A stretch of DNA of 64,000 nt from Parcubacteria group bacterium Gr01-1014_30 (lineage in GTDB: Bacteria; Patescibacteriota; Minisyncoccia; Minisyncoccales; 2-12-FULL-40-12). Shown here piece after piece: positions 57,367-64,000 of this stretch (its first letter is position 1; every line of letters starts with the position of its first letter). The notes beneath the pieces are model-generated. The model was not told the origin of the DNA. It did no database searches and was given only the letters and a program-made list of their open reading frames with translations. Location of the stretch: NCBI GenBank assembly GCA_007376185.1, contig VMFS01000001.1:10768-74767 (forward strand), in the 5' to 3' direction. Position numbers and translations under genes: made by a program.

Positions 57367-59631
57367 ATGGCCCAAAAAACCAAACTTATTACTCTTTTTG
57401 TCTTGTATTTTCTTTCTATTTCTTCTCTCACTCCTGTTTTGGCACAAGAGAGGGGGTTGGAAGTTGACTACCCGGAAGTTTTTGGGGACCAACCCCAAAA
57501 CGTAACCACCCTCCTCCCTGAGTACGTAAAATATTTATTCGGTTTGGGAATCTGGCTAGTGGGCTTGGTAGCTTTCGGAGCAATGGTTTGGGGAGGCATA
57601 ATTTGGCTGACTGCCTCTGGCAGCCCTGAAAAGATAAAAGAAGGCAGAGACCGCATAACTTCGGCTTTCTTGGGAATAATAATCCTGCTTGCCTCTTACA
57701 TAATACTCAATATTATCAACCCGCAACTGATTTCTTTTGACGTGCGGCCTCTGCTTGGCATTCCCACAGAGCCAAGGACCCCACCCCCTCCTCTTGAACC
57801 AGATGAAATTACTCTAATCGCCAAAGAAATACCTCTTGGCCAGGTCTTGGAACGAGGAGTTTGGGAGCAAGAAAGAACAAACCGGATAAGAACGATTTTT
57901 GAGCAGCTTAATGCGTTCCTGCAAGAAGAAATAACGAATAACCCGCGCATAAACCGAATTTCGGATTTGCAAAAATACCTCAAAAAACTTACCGAGGATT
58001 GCCAGTGCGGCTTGATGGACGCTTTTTCAGCCGGCCCCTGGCAGGGCGGAGGCGGAGTCGCCTGCACAGGAGAGCCGTGCCCGGAAGAAAACTTGGAAAA
58101 AATACGGGAAATTCTTGACGTCAACGAAGAAAAAGTAAGGCGGCTTGTTGGGTTCCGCCAACTGCTAGCCCAAGAAAAAGAATTGCTTGAAACCGCCTTG
58201 TCCCGTTTAGCCGACATAGAGCAAGACATAAACGATTGTCAAAACGCCTCGGGCGGCATTTACTCTTTGGCCGAATACTCAAACTTGGCCCAGTTTTACG
58301 AGGACTCAGGCAGTAAAACAGCTACAATAGAAAACCCTTACTACGCAAGCAGGGCTGACCCTCTAACTTTTTACTGTCCGACGGGAGGAACCGCTTTTGA
58401 CTTCCCTTACGCGGCCGAAGTTGACCTTTCCCTTAACGAGCCCATTCCCTTTGAGGCCTCGGCCGACTTTGCTTTTGAACAAATAAGTTGCCCTGTTGAA
58501 ATACCGGTTGGCGAGGTCTTGGACGGCCTGCGCCAAGAAGCAATTTTGCTTTCAATCAAAATGGAAAAGTCAATATTGCTGATTGACGATCTAACCCGAG
58601 AGCTCGCCAGAATTTCCGACCTGATAGACCAGTTCAATGGAAGCCAGTGCGAAGTTTCAACCGGCTGCTTTCGTCCTCCTTTTTTCTTTTTCCTGCCGTG
58701 CCTTCAAGTACTCGGAAGCTGCACTGGCACTCCCGGACCCAGAGACGAGCTCGCTGACGCCGTGCAATCAGTAAAAGAGGCCGAAGACGAACTCCTGCTG
58801 ACAATAGAGCAAACAAAAGAAATATTCCCGAAAGTTGACTTTTTAATAAGGTCTCCTCAAAACCCAATTAACCTGCAAAACGTCAGAACTTCGGTTCAAC
58901 TGGCTTCCAGTCCTTACAAAGCCGGCGAGTTTGGGCCTGAACAAGATTGGGTTTTGTTAAACTGCGAGGAAGCTGTTGGCAACGTTGGCCCTGACGGCCT
59001 GACAATCGCCTCGTGCCAACCGAGAAATTTTTACGCCTGTACGTCAACCGGAGCCACAGAGCCAGCTTTCCCGTCTGTGATTAAAGACAGACCAGCCACC
59101 ATTATACCTGAAAAGCAATACGAGCCCTTAGAGGCCGCCTCGGACAACTGTCCCGAGGGTTGGCTGTGCAACCGAGACGTAACCTTCTACAATCAATACA
59201 CAGACGCCTCAGAGCCGGTAAAACAGCTGCTTTCCTGCATGAGACAACGTTTGGACAGGGTTGAAGAAGAAAAAGAGCTGGAAGGAACGCTTGGCCGCAT
59301 AACCAGCATTTCAGACAGCAAGCTGACCATAGGAACTTGCGACTGGGGAGCGGGGCCCTCGGAGCCTGGCGGCTGCAGTCACACTTACACCGTACGCCAG
59401 GGCCGAGAATCAGTTTCAGCTCACTACGGCGGCTCTCTTTGCCGTTACCAAAAAACGTCTTATGCCATTGACGTAGGGGCTAGAGAACCTCTGGAAAAAA
59501 GATACGCTGAAGAAATAATTGCAGCCGCCAAAGAATGCGCTCCCGCAGCTTGGATAGGTTACCAGATTCCGGGCCACTATGAACACATACACATAAGTAT
59601 TGGCAGGGTCAATCAGTGCGGAGCAAATTAG
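57367..59631 (+). CDS. Pilin-like (VirB2/TrbC-type) N-terminus fused to a large Cys-rich ectodomain with C-terminal LAS/M15-like zinc-peptidase motifs
   Basis: 754 aa. Signal peptide ..TPVLA/QE, LPEYVKYLF, two TM helices around TASGSPEKIKEGRDRI, INPQL. Module DCQCG...GEPCPEE plus coiled coil. C-terminus SAHYGG...YAIDVG...GHYEHIHIS (SxHxxG..AxD..ExxH). Confidence 0.6.
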   Translation: MAQKTKLITLFVLYFLSISSLTPVLAQERGLEVDYPEVFGDQPQNVTTLLPEYVKYLFGLGIWLVGLVAFGAMVWGGIIWLTASGSPEKIKEGRDRITSAFLGIIILLASYIILNIINPQLISFDVRPLLGIPTEPRTPPPPLEPDEITLIAKEIPLGQVLERGVWEQERTNRIRTIFEQLNAFLQEEITNNPRINRISDLQKYLKKLTEDCQCGLMDAFSAGPWQGGGGVACTGEPCPEENLEKIREILDVNEEKVRRLVGFRQLLAQEKELLETALSRLADIEQDINDCQNASGGIYSLAEYSNLAQFYEDSGSKTATIENPYYASRADPLTFYCPTGGTAFDFPYAAEVDLSLNEPIPFEASADFAFEQISCPVEIPVGEVLDGLRQEAILLSIKMEKSILLIDDLTRELARISDLIDQFNGSQCEVSTGCFRPPFFFFLPCLQVLGSCTGTPGPRDELADAVQSVKEAEDELLLTIEQTKEIFPKVDFLIRSPQNPINLQNVRTSVQLASSPYKAGEFGPEQDWVLLNCEEAVGNVGPDGLTIASCQPRNFYACTSTGATEPAFPSVIKDRPATIIPEKQYEPLEAASDNCPEGWLCNRDVTFYNQYTDASEPVKQLLSCMRQRLDRVEEEKELEGTLGRITSISDSKLTIGTCDWGAGPSEPGGCSHTYTVRQGRESVSAHYGGSLCRYQKTSYAIDVGAREPLEKRYAEEIIAAAKECAPAAWIGYQIPGHYEHIHISIGRVNQCGAN

Positions 59632-59636
59632 CGGGT

Positions 59637-60020
59637 AAGCACGAAATCCGAAATTCGAAATCCGAAACAAATTCGAATGGCTGAAATTCAAAATTCAAAA
59701 CACTACGACCTTGAAAAACGAACTTTTGAATTTGCTAAAGCAGTAAGAATATTTATCAAAAAACTCCAGAAAAACATTTCGAATTTTGAAGACGCAAAAC
59801 AGCTCGTAAGATCTTCAGGCTCTGTTGGTGCAAACTATATTGAGGCAAATGAGTCGCTGAGTAAAAAGGATTTCATGATGAGAATTATGATATCTCGTAA
59901 GAGAAGCTGTAGAATTAATGATGATTTTCAGCGCAATTATGAGAAAAGCTAAATAGTTTATGATATTAGAATTTTGGATTTAGGTATTGTTTCGAATTTC
60001 GTGCTTCGTATTTCGAATTT
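59637..60020. repeat. IVS-like palindromic element carrying a four-helix-bundle gene
   Basis: Left arm AAGCACGAAATCCGAAATTCGAAATCCGAAACAA (59637-59670). Right arm ATTGTTTCGAATTTCGTGCTTCGTATTTCGAATTT (59986-60020). Confidence 0.7.
59677..59956 (+). pseudogene. Four-helix-bundle (23S rRNA IVS-type) protein gene, internally deleted and frameshifted
   Basis: MAEIQNSKHYDLEKRTFEFAKAVRIFIKKL...VRSSGSVGANYIEANESLSKKDFMMRIMISRK follows the family pattern. The listed frame then ends in atypical RSCRINDDFQRNYEKS*, while the +1 frame gives a family-like C-terminal helix EAVELMMIFSAIMRKAK* ending at 59956. Confidence 0.55.
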
Positions 60021-60026
60021 AAGACA

Positions 60027-62636
60027 ATGGCTTTCAATAAAAAACTAATTATCATATCTCTGTTGCTTGCTAGCGCAATAATAGCCGGCGCTGTTTTTGC
60101 CGAACAGATTGCAAAACTGGGGCAAAAAATTGAAAATCGTCTGGAAGTTTACGCTCAAACGACGCCTTTGTACTTTATGCCTCGTTTCCCCGACCGCCTA
60201 AGCTTCATGGTTTCCGAGCTGGCAATAGCGAGCCAAGAACTGGAATACCTGGGCTCAACTTTAAGTTCTGGAATATCAGACTGCGGCTGTCAAAACGCGG
60301 CTTCTGAGTGCTTTGACTGCAACCCAGGAAGAGTTTTAGGCGACCCCTGTCCTCAAAGGCGGCAAATTGAAAGAGACCAGTTTGACCTTGAAATAAAGGC
60401 GGACCAAGTTGTATTTTTGCGCCGCCTTCTGGAAAAAGAGCTAGAAATCTCGCTACAAAGAGAACTGGCAACTCTAAGACAAGACGACGCCCAAAATCTG
60501 GAAAGCTACCTGGACGACATTCTGTCGCAAATCCAGACAATTCTAGACAGTTCGCGGAGTATCTCGGACCTTTCGCAAACAACCACAGAAACCATAAGCC
60601 AGTGCGGGGCGCAATGCGGTTCGGTTGGCGGAGGTTTCGGTTGGCGGGCATGCGTGGGCTTGGTTAGCCAGCAAAAACCTTGGACGGTAAAATGGTCGGC
60701 TGGCGTTGCGCTAAGCGACTTGGAGCTTGGCGGAGTTCAAATAAGAAACATTAACCTTGGCTTGCCCCAGGAAATTACGACTCCCCGACTACCCGACCTG
60801 CCTTCTTTCGCGGTACAGCTTCCTACCGTGCAAATCAACTTCCCGGAAACGCCCTTGGGACAAGCCATTAACTTGGCTCCCCAGCCGGTTGTTTTTCGGC
60901 CGCCATCACCCCAAGTTCCCCTGCCTCCAACCCTTACTTTATCTTGTCCGTCTTTGCCCAACCTGTCTTCATCTTATCAGTGGCCTGACTCGCAAGAACA
61001 AGAGACGATTGCATTTACGCCTTCTGGTTGGGAAGACTGGTTTCAAACCTTTGAAACGTTAAGAGGCATGTGCTTGAACGTCTTGCTTTTTACCTACGGA
61101 GGCAACCACAGTTTCGACTACTTCAACTCTCCTGAATACGCGGCCTGCCAAGACCCACCGCAGGTCAGTCCAACTCTTACTGCTATGTGCAACTCTCTTT
61201 TGGTGGAGTACCAAAACTGCATAAACAACCCGCCAATAGTATGCGTTCCTCCGCCGCCTGAATGCGACTCGCCTCCGCCTGATTTTGACCCGCAACTCTC
61301 TGACAGTTCTCTTGAGCAAGGCGGCGGCTCAGCAACGGCTACGAGCCAAACCATCGGCAACTTCCCCAAAAGCACGCTTGATTGCCCAGTTTCGCCGCCA
61401 ACCATTCCGAAAATCAGGTTTCCCGACATAATCATACCTGACGTCGTAACCCCCGACTTTAGAGTTTGGCCCTTCATTGACATAAAACTGCCTAATTTTA
61501 TTTTTGAGGATTTAATCCTGCCAGACCTCTATCTTTGCGACATAAACAACTGCTCTAACCTCTTTCCTGACTTGCGTTTCCAAACGCCGTTTCTTAACAT
61601 TCCAGAAGTTGCGCTGCCTGCAATTTGTCTGCCTCAGGCTCCTATATTTGCGCCAGGCGCAGGAAACGTTTCAGTAATTATGCCCTGCGTTGGAATAAAC
61701 AACATAAAATACCCAGTAATGCCTTACATTTCTTACCAGTTGTTCAATTTAGGCAACCTTTTGACCCCCGAGGTGGAATTGCAAGGGATTGAGTTTCCTC
61801 TGCCTCGTCTAACTTTTGCCTTCAGAGGCGTTGACATTGACTTCATAGGTCTTCTCTTGGGTTTGTTCTTACCGCCCTTGCCTTCTGGCTGTCTCTCCTT
61901 TGACGTTTTGGGTCTTCCCTTAAGAGTCCACTTTGACGATGTAATTTTTAGCTGGCCTTCTTTTCCGCAGGTGCCCGAAATTCCTTTTTGCAGCGAGATT
62001 AACCAGTTTTGCCGGCAAATAAGATTGAATATGGCCGACGTAACCAGCAAAGTCGGGCAAATACAAAATATCGTCAACAATGTTATGCAAACCCAAATGC
62101 AGACGCGCCTAAACACCGGAGCTCAAACCATAAATCAGCGAATAGCCCAAGCCATTCAGGACCAGCTTGAAGCCCGCGCGCAAAAAGTGCGAGAAAAAAT
62201 AGAAGAACACGTTCGCCTCAACGCCAGAGTCGTGGCTGGCAAAGTGCAAGTTTCGCCTCTGACAATTCAACTTGACCCGATTGTCATACCCCAGCTTTCT
62301 CTGCAAAGTTTATTAGGTATACCAGCCACAATTCAAATTCCGTGGCCCGAAAATCTCAAAAGGGTGCTTTTGAGCCGACCAATAACCTACCAACTGCCTA
62401 AGGTGCCTTTGTCTCAACTTAGCTATGAAACCGAGTTTGACTTAAAAATTCCCGGGTTTCAAATGGCAAGGCCAATCGCCACTTTGGGTCCTTTAAGAGG
62501 CGGCTGTGAAGCTCAAGCGCCTTCAGGCGGCAACCCCTACCCTGTGGGCCAGATTGATTTGGCTCTTTCTGGCTTGACTCGTGCAAAAAACCAAATTGAA
62601 GAAACTTCCCAAAACATAATTGATATATTAAGATGA
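60027..62636 (+). CDS. Large secreted/anchored Cys- and Pro-rich protein, N-terminal region paralogous to ORF 57367
   Basis: 869 aa. Signal/anchor LIIISLLLASAIIAGAVFA. Module DCGCQ...GDPCPQR plus coiled coil, parallel to 57367. QCGAQCGS. Long P-rich tracts. C-terminal Gln-rich helices. Confidence 0.6.
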   Translation: MAFNKKLIIISLLLASAIIAGAVFAEQIAKLGQKIENRLEVYAQTTPLYFMPRFPDRLSFMVSELAIASQELEYLGSTLSSGISDCGCQNAASECFDCNPGRVLGDPCPQRRQIERDQFDLEIKADQVVFLRRLLEKELEISLQRELATLRQDDAQNLESYLDDILSQIQTILDSSRSISDLSQTTTETISQCGAQCGSVGGGFGWRACVGLVSQQKPWTVKWSAGVALSDLELGGVQIRNINLGLPQEITTPRLPDLPSFAVQLPTVQINFPETPLGQAINLAPQPVVFRPPSPQVPLPPTLTLSCPSLPNLSSSYQWPDSQEQETIAFTPSGWEDWFQTFETLRGMCLNVLLFTYGGNHSFDYFNSPEYAACQDPPQVSPTLTAMCNSLLVEYQNCINNPPIVCVPPPPECDSPPPDFDPQLSDSSLEQGGGSATATSQTIGNFPKSTLDCPVSPPTIPKIRFPDIIIPDVVTPDFRVWPFIDIKLPNFIFEDLILPDLYLCDINNCSNLFPDLRFQTPFLNIPEVALPAICLPQAPIFAPGAGNVSVIMPCVGINNIKYPVMPYISYQLFNLGNLLTPEVELQGIEFPLPRLTFAFRGVDIDFIGLLLGLFLPPLPSGCLSFDVLGLPLRVHFDDVIFSWPSFPQVPEIPFCSEINQFCRQIRLNMADVTSKVGQIQNIVNNVMQTQMQTRLNTGAQTINQRIAQAIQDQLEARAQKVREKIEEHVRLNARVVAGKVQVSPLTIQLDPIVIPQLSLQSLLGIPATIQIPWPENLKRVLLSRPITYQLPKVPLSQLSYETEFDLKIPGFQMARPIATLGPLRGGCEAQAPSGGNPYPVGQIDLALSGLTRAKNQIEETSQNIIDILR

Positions 62637-62761
62637 AAGAAGGCGTTAAATCCGAAGCACGAAATCCCAAGCACGAAACAAACTCAAATATCAAATGACC
62701 AAAATCCAAAACGTTTTGAATTTAGAATTTCGAATTTAGATATTGTTTCGAATTTAATTGT
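62637..62761. repeat. ORF-less IVS-like palindromic element
   Basis: AAATCCGAAGCACGAAATCCCAAGCACGAAACAA ... CCAAAATCCAAAACGTTTTGAATTTAGAATTTCGAATTTAGATATTGTTTCGAATTT. Confidence 0.7.
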
Positions 62762-64000
62762 ATGAATGCTCTGAAAAAGTTTATAGTGTCAGCCGTACTC
62801 GCCTTACTGCTTTTTTCTTTCCTGCCCTCTCAGGCGTTTGCCCAAGAAGAAAGGCCGCTTGAGGTCGTGTACCCAAGCATTCCCGGAGCCCCAACTCCAA
62901 CCAGCGTTGAAACCGCCCTGCCAGAATACGTTCAATACATTTTCCGGTTCGCGCTCATTATCATCGGCTTCATAATTTTCGGCGTCTTGATTTACAACGG
63001 AGGCCTATATATGACTTCCTCGGGAAATCCTACAATGATGGGAGAAGCGAGAAGCGGAATTTTGGCGGCAGTTTTCGGCCTATTAGTTCTGCTCGGCTCC
63101 TGGCTTATTTTCAACACCATCAACCCGCAGTTGGTAGTGCTTGAACAAACACCTTTGGATCCTTTAAGACCCGTAATGCAAGCTGGCATCTATGTTTGCG
63201 TTGACGGGGGGCAAGCGGCTCCCGTAATTTCCAGCTTGCTTCCCAGCTACATAGAGGGTGACCGCGACATACAAATTGAAGCCGCCAAACAAATCGGAGA
63301 AACAATGATAGAGTTCAGCTGCTTTAGATTGGGTGCTTCTGGAAACTTTAATAACTTTACGGTGAGACAAGGCCAAAACACTTTCTTCAGCGTGCCCGAC
63401 GTAAGGGTAAATGAACAAAACGACCTCGTGTATGACGTTTACGAGTACGGCTTAATCTTGCACGAAAAAGACAATTTCAGGGGAAAAGCCATACTCGTTG
63501 AACCGCCTTACGCCAGGTTTAACCCCCTTGCCACTGCCAACCTCGGGAGAAGCGGCAACTTCCCTCCTCTCAATTTCATTGCAAAATCATTTACTCTTTT
63601 CAGGAAAGTGCCGGAACCCTTAACAGAAAGCCCTGGAGCCACTTTGTTTGCCTGCTTAAACTACAACGAACCGCCTTTTGCGTGCAAAGAAGAGGGCGAC
63701 GAAAATATTTCTGCCTCTTTCGGAACGGCAGGCGGCGACACAGCATACTTCAGAGAAGCCGATCTTAACACCAACATCACACTAGCTGAAAACACCAGGT
63801 CAATACAACTTGAGTCTGAAGACGGTATGTTTGCGGTTATGTTCAGCGAAAACAACTTCAGAGGCGACACCGTTGAAGTGATTAAAGCCGGCGACAGAAA
63901 CCTTCAAGACAACCCCATTGGTCGGTGCGGCAACGCCTGCACCGCCGTCATTGGCGGAGTTATTAGAATTTTTGGGGGAGAATGCGACTCCTGCGTCAGG
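62762..64000 (+). CDS. Pilin-like N-terminus fused to beta/gamma-crystallin-like repeats; 3' end beyond the window
   Basis: Absent from the ORF track because it runs off the edge. ATG at 62762, 413 open codons. Signal ..SQAFA/QE, LPEYVQYIF, TSSGNPTMMGEARSGI, INPQL. Later LILHEKDNFRGKAILV and AVMFSENNFRGDTVEV (Y/F-x4-F-x-G Greek-key-like). Confidence 0.6.
   Translation, partial: MNALKKFIVSAVLALLLFSFLPSQAFAQEERPLEVVYPSIPGAPTPTSVETALPEYVQYIFRFALIIIGFIIFGVLIYNGGLYMTSSGNPTMMGEARSGILAAVFGLLVLLGSWLIFNTINPQLVVLEQTPLDPLRPVMQAGIYVCVDGGQAAPVISSLLPSYIEGDRDIQIEAAKQIGETMIEFSCFRLGASGNFNNFTVRQGQNTFFSVPDVRVNEQNDLVYDVYEYGLILHEKDNFRGKAILVEPPYARFNPLATANLGRSGNFPPLNFIAKSFTLFRKVPEPLTESPGATLFACLNYNEPPFACKEEGDENISASFGTAGGDTAYFREADLNTNITLAENTRSIQLESEDGMFAVMFSENNFRGDTVEVIKAGDRNLQDNPIGRCGNACTAVIGGVIRIFGGECDSCVR

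Overview
The window reads as a chromosomal segment of a small, AT-leaning bacterium, roughly 40% GC by eye (not computed). Its gene content and style fit Candidate Phyla Radiation / Patescibacteria (Parcubacteria-like); that placement is inference only. Supporting traits: many short housekeeping genes, few Shine-Dalgarno sites, VirB2/TrbC-like 'pilin' membrane proteins, a four-helix-bundle (23S-IVS-type) gene inside a hairpin, a CxxC zinc-ribbon protein and a DUF5671-like protein.

Recognisable core genes:
- Translation and RNA: rplT, rpmI, infC, rpsO, argS, ileS, smpB, pnp, rsmA, CCA-adding enzyme.
- DNA and transcription: greA, PolX, recG, EndoQ-like PHP nuclease, dksA/traR, yifB/comM.
- Other: pyrH, a partial pilC, and a HAMP / FIST / histidine kinase / two response regulator block.

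Four RNA genes are invisible to the ORF track: tmRNA (10967-11315, -), tRNA-Arg(UCG), tRNA-Pro(CGG) and tRNA-Ala(CGC). Two long ORF calls are artefactual N-terminal extensions running into tmRNA and tRNA-Ala.

Most interesting observations:
1. A terminal operon (57.3-64 kb) of giant secreted proteins built on pilin-like N-termini. One carries a C-terminal SxHxxG...AxD...ExxH (LAS/M15-like) motif and one carries beta/gamma-crystallin-like repeats. The genes are separated by IVS-like hairpin elements.
2. Two membrane-protein cassettes sit directly 3' of the alanine-accepting RNAs tmRNA and tRNA-Ala. They share about 80-nt left and 120-165-nt right boundary sequences.
3. Three visibly GC-rich islands contrast with the mostly SD-less native genes. 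Strong SD sites precede pyrF, pyrE and the 12.8-13.5 kb gene; none was seen for the frameshifted fragment. The islands hold pyrF-pyrE, an unknown 202-aa protein next to a hairpin-flanked IS200/RAYT-like transposase, and a frameshifted fragment.
4. A family of GAAT/CGAAA-word palindromic intergenic elements also appears in frame inside recG and PolX.
5. An orphan, roughly 160-nt structured RNA has a consensus promoter and an intrinsic terminator.

No CRISPR array, rRNA or integrase was seen. All homology calls come from motif recognition by eye; no searches were run.
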